Origin: an uncultured Syntrophomonadaceae bacterium
GTDB lineage: Bacteria > Bacillota > Dethiobacteria > DTU022
Direction of reading: 5' to 3'
Assembly: GCA_964420065.1 (NCBI GenBank)
Contig: CAYQQK010000007.1
Location: forward strand, 5,462-69,461
Length of the DNA: 64,000 nt
Below the pieces are notes generated by a model. That model ran no database searches and was not told the DNA's origin. It worked only from the letters and a program-made list of their open reading frames with translations. Positions 1 through 9,171 of the stretch are shown here, piece after piece. Made by a program: the position numbers and the translations under genes. How positions within the stretch are numbered: the stretch's first letter is position 1; every line of letters begins with the position of its first letter.

Positions 1-1157
1 AAAAATTCGTGTTTGACCAGCGCCCAAACTTTGCGGGCCTGAAGGTAATAGCGCGCGTAATATTCCTGGCTCAGGAGGACGGTGCCGAAAACACTGTGGC
101 GAATTCCTTCTTCGCCCAGGGAGGCGGCCCGGGTTTCGCGGTACCGTTGTTCCAGATCTTGTTCTTCCGAGACGGTGCCGAAGCGGATTCCATCAAAACG
201 ACTCAAATTGGAGGATGCTTCGACCATGGCGATCACGTAATAGGCTTGCAGCGCTTCGCGGAATAAGGGCAGGGTAATTTCCACCGGTTCGATTCCCAGG
301 GCGGTGCAGGCCGCACGGGCTTGCTCCAGAACGGCCCGGACGGGCTCGTCAAGCATGGCGAAAACCTCCGTCGGAAAGCCGGCTTTGAGCTCTCCGGGCA
401 AAAAGTTCTTTCTTTCCCCGGGGGCCGGAAAACCCACCCCGGCGGCGGTTGTGGCCGGATCCCGCGGGTCGGGGCCGGCAATGGCCTGTAAACCCAAAAG
501 GGCGTCGGCGGGGTTCCGGGCCACGATTCCGGCCCGGGCAAAGGAGGGGGCGGCGCTGCACAAACCGTAACGTGAAACCAGCCCGGGGGTGGGGAGAAGG
601 CCGTACTGGCCGCAATGCGAGGCCCCGACCCGCAGCGCGCCCCCGGTATCGGAACCGAGAGCCAGGAGCGCCTGCCCCGCTGCAACGGCGGCTGCGGCGC
701 CGTCTCCGGCGACCCGGGACCGGTCCCAGGGGTTGGACGAAACGCCTGCGGCGGAGCGCACCGTGGATGAACCGAGGTCGTATTGGTCAAGGTTGGTTTT
801 ACCGAGAATGATGGCCCCGCTTGCAATAAGTTTGTGTACGGCGGCGGCGTCGCCGGGAGGCCGGAAGTCGTGCAGGGCGGCGCTGCCGCAGGTTACCGGC
901 CCGTCCCGGTAATAGAAGTTGTCTTTGACCACGACGGGTACGCCGGCCAGGGGCAGATCCAGACCCCGTTTAATTTTTTCATCCACCGCTCCGGCCTGGT
1001 CCAACGCCGAATCTGCAAATATCCGGGTCAAGGTATTGAGCGCTTCATTGGCGTCGTTGCACCGGGCCAGGTAGATCCCGGTCAGTTCCCGGGCGGTTAT
1101 CCTTCCTGAACGAACGGCTGCGGCTGTTTCAGCAGCGGTCAAATGGACCGGATCCAC
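1..1157 (-). CDS. gatA: GatA-like amidase-signature protein (Asp/Glu-tRNA amidotransferase subunit A homolog), 3' end outside the window; catalytic serines absent
   Basis: Not in the ORF track; translated by hand from GTG at 1157 (SD GGAGGAG at 1164-1170): MDPVHLTAAETAAAVRSG...PLAGVPVVVKDN...GKTNLDQYDLGSST...NPWDRSRVAGDGAAAAVAAG...LGSDTGGALR...YYVIAMVEASSNLSRFDGIRFG...YYLQARKV. Open to position 3. Lies directly downstream of gatC. Confidence 0.85.
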   Translation of the reverse strand, partial: MDPVHLTAAETAAAVRSGRITARELTGIYLARCNDANEALNTLTRIFADSALDQAGAVDEKIKRGLDLPLAGVPVVVKDNFYYRDGPVTCGSAALHDFRPPGDAAAVHKLIASGAIILGKTNLDQYDLGSSTVRSAAGVSSNPWDRSRVAGDGAAAAVAAGQALLALGSDTGGALRVGASHCGQYGLLPTPGLVSRYGLCSAAPSFARAGIVARNPADALLGLQAIAGPDPRDPATTAAGVGFPAPGERKNFLPGELKAGFPTEVFAMLDEPVRAVLEQARAACTALGIEPVEITLPLFREALQAYYVIAMVEASSNLSRFDGIRFGTVSEEQDLEQRYRETRAASLGEEGIRHSVFGTVLLSQEYYARYYLQARKVWALVKHEF

Positions 1158-1175
1158 GGCATCTCTCCTCCCGTT

Positions 1176-1460
1176 TTACTCGATAATAACCGGGACACGG
1201 TAAAAGCCCCCGGCAAAGTGTGTTCCGGAATGCTCCAGCCGGCCGGCTTCGATGTCAACCGGCTCGTCCTTGCGAAAAACATTAACCGCTTCATGGCCGT
1301 AGATGAGGGGTTCGGTTCCGTCCGGATCCACGGCCAGTAACGGTTCCAGCCATCGTTTAAACCCGGCCAGTTCCCGGACCAGCCGGTCTTCCGCGGCGCC
1401 GTTCAGCCCGATCATGATCGCTGCGGCAGCGCGCCGGATCGTCTCCCGCTCATTTTGCAT
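1176..1460 (-). CDS. gatC: GatC-like amidotransferase subunit C
   Basis: 94 aa; TEPL..HEAVNVFRKDEP and C-terminal GGFYRVPVIIE resemble GatC (VEP..H....NV.RED; FxVPxI); immediately upstream of the gatA-like gene. Confidence 0.75.
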   Translation of the reverse strand: MQNERETIRRAAAAIMIGLNGAAEDRLVRELAGFKRWLEPLLAVDPDGTEPLIYGHEAVNVFRKDEPVDIEAGRLEHSGTHFAGGFYRVPVIIE

Positions 1461-1558
1461 CGCAATCCCTCTTTTCTTGCACGATTCTTCCCATAGTATA
1501 GCATAATTATAAAAAGTTCATGGGCAAATATGTTATATTATGTGAGGGGTTCCGTGTC

Positions 1559-4500
1559 ATGATCACACTCATCTATTCGAATCAAACCGAACGCCTGCTC
1601 CGGGAATTGGCCCGGGATATCCGGGAATGGCGTGAAAACGGAGCACACCCGCTCGAACCGGTCGAGCTGGTGGTACCCAACCGGAATATGGAAACATGGC
1701 TCACCCTGGGCCTGGCCCAGTCGGCCGGGGTGGCCGCCAACTTGCGCTTCAACTGGCTCAACCGTTTTATCGGCGATCTGGTTGCCCGGGTCCGCCCCGG
1801 GGAGATGAAACTGGTCGACCTGGATACCGCCGAGGCGGCTGTTTTGGCGGTGTTGATGGATGAGGTGCTGCTCAAAACACCGGCCCTGCAGCCGGTGCAC
1901 CGCTACCTGTACGGTACCCGAACCGGAACAGGGGAAGGGACAGCGGTGGCAGGCGATCTCAAATGTCCGGCTCCTTGTAGCGGGTTTGACGCCTACCTGA
2001 CCCCGGATGGCGTCGATCTGCGCCGGGTCCAGCTGGCCGCCCGCCTCGCTTTTCTCTTTCAAGAGTACACCTTCTCCCGACCGGAAATGATTGCCACCTG
2101 GCGGGAAAACGGCGCTACAAAATTACCCGACGGTTGCGCCGGGCTGCCCTTTGCCGACCCGGTGCTGTTCGATCCGTCAGTTGAGGTAATCGTAACCTGG
2201 CAACGTGCTCTCTGGCGCGCCGTCTTCGGTCGCGACGGTGTTCTTGCCCGGCACCCTCCCCGGGAAGGAGGGCGTTGGGTGACCATGGATCTCCTGCTCC
2301 ACGACAGCGCTTTTTTCCAAAGTCTCGGCCGGAGCAAGCCGCCGCCGGTTCATCTTTTCGGGATTTCATACATGGCCCGCATCTTCCAACATTTCCTGGC
2401 GCGGTTGGGGGAGGTCATGACATTGCGCCTCTACAGCCTTAACCCTTGCGCCGAATTCTGGGAGGATGTCGAAACCCACCGGGAATTTTATCTTCGCCTT
2501 GATCAGGAACAAAACCGGCGTGAACGACGAGTTTGGCGGGGAGTGGGCGAGGGCGAAACAGTGGAAGATCCGTTCGGCCTTTTTGCCAAGGATACCACGG
2601 CGCTCCATTACTGGGGCCGTCCCGGCCGCGAAAATGTCCGCCTGCTCGGCGAATTGACAGATTGCGATTTTACCGGCGCTTTCGAACATCCTTCTGCTGT
2701 GACAGGCGGGCTTTTGCAGCGGCTGCAACTGGATGTGCTTTTGCGCGAACCGGAACGGAACGTCGACCGGGAAGAGGGTGCGGCAGAACCCGGGGCGGCA
2801 ACGGCCCCGACGGCGGATGAAACGATTCAACTCGTGGCGGCACCGTCGGTGCGCCGCGAAGTGGAGTGGGTGGCCGACGAAATCTGGAAATTGATGCGCG
2901 ATGAGGGGAACGAACCGCCTCTCCGGTTCAGCGATGTGGCGATTATCGTCAACAGTGCCGGAAAGGAGCTTTACCTGCCCGTGATCGAGACCGTTTTTGG
3001 CTCCTGCTGCGATCTGCCGTGCAGTATTTCCGATCTCCCCGGGGCCTCGGGCAGCCGGATCATCGAGGCCATGAACCTGCTTTTAAAACTGCCTTTCGGC
3101 CGTTTTTCACGGGCCGAAATGCTGGCGCTGCTGGGACATCCGGCGGTCGCCGGCGGTTTGGAAGATCTTACGCCCGCTGATTTGGCCGTCTTGGCCGAAA
3201 GACTGGGGATCGTCCATGGCGCCGATCACGGCGATCATGCCGGCACCTATATCAACGAAGATGTCTACAATTGGGACCAGGGCCTGCGGCGACTTGCTCT
3301 CGGCGCCTTCATGACCGGCGAAAAAAGCGGTGATGAACGTATATTGACCACTGCTCGGGGCAGATGGCTGGTCGAGGAAGTTTCCGGATCGGCGGCGCCG
3401 GCGACGGCGCATTTCGGGTTGATGGTGCGATCGCTTTTGGCCGATGCCCGTTTCGTGCGCCGGCAGCAGATGACCCTGGCCGGCTGGGCCAGTTTTTATA
3501 CGGCTCAGGTCGAAAACTACTTTCATGTGGCCGGCGGTGCCGATGAACGGGATCGCCTGCAACTGCTCCGTGCTCTCGGCAGGCTGGAGAAGATGGATCT
3601 GGGGCAGAAGGTGAGCGGCCGTATTGCAGCCGCGATTGCCGGCCGGGCAATTGATTCCCTGGGCGGCGGCCGGGGTCAGTACCTCACCGAGGGGGTGGTC
3701 GTTTCAACCTTTTTGCCGATGCGGGCGATTCCATTCCGTGTTGTTTTTTTGCTCGGGCTCGGGGAAGGGCTTTTCCCGGCCTCGGCTCAGCGGGACGCCC
3801 TTGATCTGCGTGCGGTACGGCGTCGGGCCGGGGATGTCGATCCGGCTGAACGGGACCGCTACATGTTCCTGGAAACGCTGCTCTGCACCCGGGAAAGATT
3901 TTACCTATCCTATGTCAGCAGGGACGAACATACCGGCGAACCGCTGCAGCCCTCGGCGGTGGTCCAGGAGCTGCTGCATATCATCCAGTTGAACTACCTT
4001 GGGCGGGAGGGGATCAGGCCGTTGCGTGCGGGACCCCCCGTACCGCTGCGCCGTTACGATATAGCGTCAACGCGGGGTGAAACGTTTTTCGATGAAGCGC
4101 GGGTGGAAGCGCGGCTGGCGGAGATTGCCCGGGCCCGGGATGCCGGGAGGAACGGTTACGGGGAAGAGGGGGAAGGGTGGGAAGATCGGGATGGTCGGGA
4201 TCGGCTGGGCCGGCGGTTGATGCGCTTTTTGAACAGGATCAACCCGGAACATCGCATCAATCTTTCGGCGATGCTCGCTTTACCCGGGGAACCGCCCCCG
4301 ACCGCCGCGGTTGATGCAACCGCTCGGTTAACCGGCGCCGGCAGATCCGGCGGAACCGAGGGGGCAAAGGTGATCGAAGCGCCGCGCCCGCTGGCGCTTC
4401 CTGTTTTACAGCGTTTTTTGGAATGCCCGCTGCAGGGCTGGGCGGCGGCGCTGCTCGGGTTAACCGCGGTTGAAGAAGATCCGGCTGACCGGGAAGAAGA

Positions 4501-5416
4501 GGACTTTGAAATAAACCCGCTTACAGAAACAGTGCTTTTAAGCGATGTTTTTTATGCGGCGGCGGCCGGAGGAGAATGCCCGGAAAAATTGTACGCAGAA
4601 CAGTTGTTGCGCCTGCGCCTGGCCGGGCGGATTCCGGCCGGTGCTTTCAGCGAAGCGATCCGGGCACGGCACCGGCGTATCATCGCCGGCTGGCGATCGC
4701 TTTTAAAAAAAGTGCAAAACTGTGCCGGCGGCGACGGGCCGCCCCGCCTCCTCCGCTACCGGCTGGGGCGTTCCGTCCGTCCCGTCCCGGCCGTGCGTGT
4801 TCTCGATCCGCTGCGCCTGGAAGTGGCCCCGGGCGAGTCGGAAAACCGGGACCGGAGCATCGTTCCGCTGATTTTAAACGGGCTTACCGAAGGGCTACTG
4901 AACGAAAACGGTGATGTCACCGCGGTCGTGATTCGAGCCCGGAAACCGCCCCGGAGCGATCACACAGAAACATGGGCCGGACAGTTTCGTTACCTGTTGC
5001 GGGGCGCGGTTACCCTGGCCGCCCTGAGTGCTGCGAACGTTGCCCGGGACGGAGCCCGGCAAATCGCGGTTCTTTACTCTGACGGTGATCATACCGGCGG
5101 ATTGCGGCTCCGGTTGCGCCCGCAACAACCGGAGCAGGCTCGCCATTGGCTGACCGCGATTGCGGAAGAGTTGCTGGCCGGCCCGCATGCTTACCTGCTC
5201 CCCTGCGAGGCCGTTTTCACCGCATATGATTCCGGTGCCGATCTGTGCGCTGAAATCGAAAAAATGGCCGGCGACGAATGGGTTCGTTTCTCCAGTTTGT
5301 GGGGCCCGGTTTCTTCACCGCGCCTTTACGCTCCGCCGGCGGCGGCGGTCAAACAGATGGCCGAGCGGCGTTTTGGCCCGTTTTTGAGAGAAATCCTGAG
5401 CCGGGAGGTATTCTGA
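1559..5416 (+). CDS. recC: Exodeoxyribonuclease V subunit gamma (RecC)
   Basis: N-terminal LIYSNQTERL, LVVPNRNMETWL, STFLPMRAIPFRVVFLLGL, DRYMFLETLL..RERFYLSYV, LQRFLECP; likely start ATG 1559 after GAGGGG; its stop overlaps the recB ATG. Confidence 0.9.
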   Translation: MITLIYSNQTERLLRELARDIREWRENGAHPLEPVELVVPNRNMETWLTLGLAQSAGVAANLRFNWLNRFIGDLVARVRPGEMKLVDLDTAEAAVLAVLMDEVLLKTPALQPVHRYLYGTRTGTGEGTAVAGDLKCPAPCSGFDAYLTPDGVDLRRVQLAARLAFLFQEYTFSRPEMIATWRENGATKLPDGCAGLPFADPVLFDPSVEVIVTWQRALWRAVFGRDGVLARHPPREGGRWVTMDLLLHDSAFFQSLGRSKPPPVHLFGISYMARIFQHFLARLGEVMTLRLYSLNPCAEFWEDVETHREFYLRLDQEQNRRERRVWRGVGEGETVEDPFGLFAKDTTALHYWGRPGRENVRLLGELTDCDFTGAFEHPSAVTGGLLQRLQLDVLLREPERNVDREEGAAEPGAATAPTADETIQLVAAPSVRREVEWVADEIWKLMRDEGNEPPLRFSDVAIIVNSAGKELYLPVIETVFGSCCDLPCSISDLPGASGSRIIEAMNLLLKLPFGRFSRAEMLALLGHPAVAGGLEDLTPADLAVLAERLGIVHGADHGDHAGTYINEDVYNWDQGLRRLALGAFMTGEKSGDERILTTARGRWLVEEVSGSAAPATAHFGLMVRSLLADARFVRRQQMTLAGWASFYTAQVENYFHVAGGADERDRLQLLRALGRLEKMDLGQKVSGRIAAAIAGRAIDSLGGGRGQYLTEGVVVSTFLPMRAIPFRVVFLLGLGEGLFPASAQRDALDLRAVRRRAGDVDPAERDRYMFLETLLCTRERFYLSYVSRDEHTGEPLQPSAVVQELLHIIQLNYLGREGIRPLRAGPPVPLRRYDIASTRGETFFDEARVEARLAEIARARDAGRNGYGEEGEGWEDRDGRDRLGRRLMRFLNRINPEHRINLSAMLALPGEPPPTAAVDATARLTGAGRSGGTEGAKVIEAPRPLALPVLQRFLECPLQGWAAALLGLTAVEEDPADREEEDFEINPLTETVLLSDVFYAAAAGGECPEKLYAEQLLRLRLAGRIPAGAFSEAIRARHRRIIAGWRSLLKKVQNCAGGDGPPRLLRYRLGRSVRPVPAVRVLDPLRLEVAPGESENRDRSIVPLILNGLTEGLLNENGDVTAVVIRARKPPRSDHTETWAGQFRYLLRGAVTLAALSAANVARDGARQIAVLYSDGDHTGGLRLRLRPQQPEQARHWLTAIAEELLAGPHAYLLPCEAVFTAYDSGADLCAEIEKMAGDEWVRFSSLWGPVSSPRLYAPPAAAVKQMAERRFGPFLREILSREVF

Positions 5417-8400
5417 TGGGCACTACTTACTACCCCCGGCCGGAAATCCTGGCCGGGGCTACGCACCGGTCGGGGCACATGGTGATCGAGGCGTCGGCCG
5501 GTACCGGCAAAACTTTTACCCTCGAGCACCTCGTGCTCGATCTGATCATCGGCAGGCAGGCCGGGATCGAGCAGATCCTTGTCGTTACTTTTACCGATGC
5601 GGCCACGCATGAATTGCGCGAGCGCATCCGAACCTTGATCCGGGCTGTCTGCGATTCCGGTGTAGGGGAGCTGGAATCCGGTGCGGATAGCAGTCGCTAC
5701 TGGGAGATCAACCGGGCTACCCGGGGCCGCTTGCGCGAAGCCCTGTTTCGTTTTGATGGGGCCGCGATCGCGACGATTCACGGTTTTTGTCAGCGCATTC
5801 TGTCCGAACAGGCGTTTCTTGGGGGGCGATTGTTCCGGCAAGAACATGCGCATGGTCGGGAAATGTTCGGGCAGGCTTTTCGGGAGGAGGTCCGCCGGAC
5901 CCTGGGTCAAGAAAACCCGGCCGGAGCCGCTCTACGGCGCTGGATCGATCAGGAACGTTCCCTGCAAAAAGTTCAGGATTTGCTTTACCGCTGCCATCGG
6001 GAGGGCTGCCCGGAACGTTGCCCGGTGACCCCGCAGTGCGACCCGGAGGGGTTTCTTGATGCCATGGGCAGGCTACCCCGTCTGGAAGCATTGTTGCACG
6101 CAGCAGAAGATTACTTCGCGGATCGCCATTCCAGGCGGGGTTATCAAAAGCTGTTTCGCGGCCTGTTTGCTCTTGCCGGCATGATCGAGTCCGGTCCGGC
6201 TCTCTTTGAAACGGTGCCGCCGTTCCTGGAATGGGTGGTCGAAGATTGCGGGATCAACTCGGTTCAACAAACCCGGTTGAACCACGTTCATTGTGCCGCG
6301 GCGAGCGCCGGGGCGCCGCCGGAATTCAAGGCACTGGCTGCCTGCCTCGATCGAATGATCTTGCGGGCGGTTTCCGAGCCTGCTTGTTTTATCCACCGGT
6401 TGCTGCCGCGTGTGCAGGCGCGCCTCGACCTGCGCAAACGTGCTCTTGGTTTGATTGATTACGATGACATGCTCCTCGGGGTTCGGGAAGCGTTGGCGGG
6501 CGAAAATGCCCCGGTCCTGCTTGATGTGCTCAGGAGACGCTGGAAGTATGCCCTGGTTGATGAATTTCAGGATACAGATCCGGTTCAGTGGGAAATTTTC
6601 AGGCGGATTTTTGTCGACGGTGCAGGGGAACAGCGCCTTTTCATTATCGGTGACCCCAAACAGGCCATTTACGGCTTTCGAGGCGCAGATGTTCATACCT
6701 ACCGCACGGCCCGGGATCACCTGCTGACGAAACAGGGGACCGTCCGGTTGCCGCTGATCAAAAACTACCGATCCACCCCGGCGCTGATCCAAGCGGTGAA
6801 CGCAATTCTGACCGCAGCGGACGGCACCGGATCCGGTTTCTTTGACGGTCCCAACCGTTACGATCTACCGGTGCAGTGTGGTGACACCACCCGGGGCGCC
6901 ATCGAAAACGGGAAAGCGGCGGTCCCGGTGCATCTGGTCCATCTTTACGGTGTCGGGGCCCCCTTGAAGGCCGCTCTGCTCAGGCGGGGTCTGGCCAACT
7001 TTATTGCCCAGGAAATACAACGCTTGACGGATCCGCAAACCGGTCTGGCCACGATGCGGCGCGGGGGGGCGCCCGTGCCGGTCAAGCACAGCGATATTTA
7101 TATTCTCACCCGTTCCGGCTGGGAAGGTCGCCGGATCGGTGCGGTCCTGCGCCGTTACGGCATTCCCCATGCCTTCTACAAATTGGACGGTCTTTTTGCC
7201 ACCGACGAAGCCCGGGATATCCACCGTTTGCTCCTGGCGATCGACGCGCCGCAGGATCCTTCATTACGGATGGCGGCCTGGTTGACCCCCTTCTTTGGGG
7301 TGCCGCTGGAGGATCTGCCGCGTTGGCAGGATGCCGCTGCGCACCATCCGTTACCGGCGCGGTTGCTGCGTTGGAACCGGCTTGCCGCCGCCCGGGAGTG
7401 GGCCCGTCTCTTTGATGATATCCTGAACACATCCGGCCTGATCCGGCGTCTTATTTTCGCCGGCGGCGAGCGCGAGCTGACCAACTATATTCACCTGTTT
7501 GAGCTGCTCCTGGCCGAAGTGTATACCCACCCGATTTCGGTGACTGAATTGGCCCGTGGGCTCAAAGCACGCATCGACGGCCGGGATATGCCCGAGGGGC
7601 GTGAGGGGGACCTGCAACGGCTGGAGACGGAAAAGGATGCGGTGCAAATTTTAACCATGCACAAGGCCAAGGGTCTTGAGGCGGAAGTGGTTTTTGTTGG
7701 GGGAGGGTTCAGCAACCCGCCCGGCGATCCCCTCCAGGTTAACATTTACCACCGCAACCGCCGGCGCTGCCTGCACCTCGGCCGGGCCGGCGGGGAGATC
7801 GCTGCGGCGATCGAGGCGGAAACACGCCAGGAAAACCAGCGCCTGGCCTATGTGGCTCTGACCCGGGCCGGCGCGCGGCTTTACCTGCCTTATTTTGGCC
7901 CGGCCCCCGCCGGTTGCAACGCGGATGATAAAAGTTTCGTTTTTTGTAAACTCGGGGACTTTTACCGGCCCTTGCAAAAACAGCTTGATCGTTTGTGCGA
8001 TCAGGGGCGGCTCGGTGTCGGGCAGCTTTTTATGCGGCGCGAAGCACCGTGCCGGGTACGTTTCCCGCATGAACGCAGTGTCCCGTCCGGTCCGGAAGAT
8101 TGGCTGGGAAAATACCTGCCCTGGGAACCTCCGACCAAAACGGCCGAAGCCGTAAAGATTAAAACACGGCGCCGGGGGGTGATCCTGACCAGTTATACCC
8201 GGATCAAACAGGGGCGGGGCTGGCAGCCTTTCGACTCCGGCGAAGACGGGGGAGGTGACCGGCGCAATGAAGAGGTGGCCGGTGAGGTTTCGGACGCTCT
8301 TGTCCTTCCGGACCCGGGTTCAATTGAACCGGCCGCCCCGGAAAATTTCCCCGGGTTGCCCGGCGGCCGGGAAAACGGTATATTTTTACATGCTCTCCTC

Positions 8401-9171
8401 GAGGAAATCACGGCCGCGGAAATAGCGGGACAAAGTTTTGCTGAATGGTCGGCGCAGGCGGCATTGCGGGCGCGGGCCGCAGCCATCGCCAGGCGGCACG
8501 GGTTTCCTGAAATCTGTCTGCCGGTTGCCCTGAAGCTGGTTTACCGTGCCTTCCGGACGCCGCTTCGGGTGCAAAACCGGGAAGGTGGTTTCACCCTCGA
8601 TCTGCCGGAGGGGATCGCCTCCGGCGAGCACCTGCGGGCCGAGATGCCCTTCGTTTTCCCCATTCCGGAATATTTTCATCCGCTCCTGGGTGAAGGGAAA
8701 AAGGAGTCCGGGCCGGGCATCAATCCGGATCGTTTTCCCTTTCAGGCCCGGCGCGGCTACATCCGGGGTTTAATCGATCTTGTTTTTGAACATCGCCAGC
8801 AAATATATTTGCTCGATTGGAAAAGTGACAGTCTGGCTTCTTTCGAGGCGGACCGGGTCCGGGAGCACGTTGAAGCCAATTACCGTCTCCAGGTGCAGTT
8901 TTACCTGCTGGCCGTGGTTCGCCTGCTCGGCCTCGGGTCAAGAGAAGAATATGACTTGCGTTTCGGTGGGGTGCTCTACTTTTTTTTGCGGGGCCTCACC
9001 GGGGAAGCCGGGCGGCCGGCCACGGGTGTCTGGTTCTCACGCCCGCCCTGGGAACGGGTGGTTTTTCTGGAACAGGAATTGCTCAAACGTCAGGAATGGG
9101 GTGGCGCGGTAATTGCCGCTACGGAAGAGACGGCGCCGGAAGGAGGGCGGGCGCGGTGCAGGCAAATTTGA
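5416..9171 (+). CDS. recB: Exodeoxyribonuclease V subunit beta (RecB), UvrD-type helicase plus C-terminal nuclease
   Basis: Walker A IEASAGTGKT, LVVTFT, LVDEFQDTD, IGDPKQAIYGFRGAD, LTMHKAKGLE, YVALTRA; nuclease motif GLIDLVF...LLDWKS; ATG 5416 overlaps the recC TGA. Confidence 0.95.
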   Translation: MGTTYYPRPEILAGATHRSGHMVIEASAGTGKTFTLEHLVLDLIIGRQAGIEQILVVTFTDAATHELRERIRTLIRAVCDSGVGELESGADSSRYWEINRATRGRLREALFRFDGAAIATIHGFCQRILSEQAFLGGRLFRQEHAHGREMFGQAFREEVRRTLGQENPAGAALRRWIDQERSLQKVQDLLYRCHREGCPERCPVTPQCDPEGFLDAMGRLPRLEALLHAAEDYFADRHSRRGYQKLFRGLFALAGMIESGPALFETVPPFLEWVVEDCGINSVQQTRLNHVHCAAASAGAPPEFKALAACLDRMILRAVSEPACFIHRLLPRVQARLDLRKRALGLIDYDDMLLGVREALAGENAPVLLDVLRRRWKYALVDEFQDTDPVQWEIFRRIFVDGAGEQRLFIIGDPKQAIYGFRGADVHTYRTARDHLLTKQGTVRLPLIKNYRSTPALIQAVNAILTAADGTGSGFFDGPNRYDLPVQCGDTTRGAIENGKAAVPVHLVHLYGVGAPLKAALLRRGLANFIAQEIQRLTDPQTGLATMRRGGAPVPVKHSDIYILTRSGWEGRRIGAVLRRYGIPHAFYKLDGLFATDEARDIHRLLLAIDAPQDPSLRMAAWLTPFFGVPLEDLPRWQDAAAHHPLPARLLRWNRLAAAREWARLFDDILNTSGLIRRLIFAGGERELTNYIHLFELLLAEVYTHPISVTELARGLKARIDGRDMPEGREGDLQRLETEKDAVQILTMHKAKGLEAEVVFVGGGFSNPPGDPLQVNIYHRNRRRCLHLGRAGGEIAAAIEAETRQENQRLAYVALTRAGARLYLPYFGPAPAGCNADDKSFVFCKLGDFYRPLQKQLDRLCDQGRLGVGQLFMRREAPCRVRFPHERSVPSGPEDWLGKYLPWEPPTKTAEAVKIKTRRRGVILTSYTRIKQGRGWQPFDSGEDGGGDRRNEEVAGEVSDALVLPDPGSIEPAAPENFPGLPGGRENGIFLHALLEEITAAEIAGQSFAEWSAQAALRARAAAIARRHGFPEICLPVALKLVYRAFRTPLRVQNREGGFTLDLPEGIASGEHLRAEMPFVFPIPEYFHPLLGEGKKESGPGINPDRFPFQARRGYIRGLIDLVFEHRQQIYLLDWKSDSLASFEADRVREHVEANYRLQVQFYLLAVVRLLGLGSREEYDLRFGGVLYFFLRGLTGEAGRPATGVWFSRPPWERVVFLEQELLKRQEWGGAVIAATEETAPEGGRARCRQI

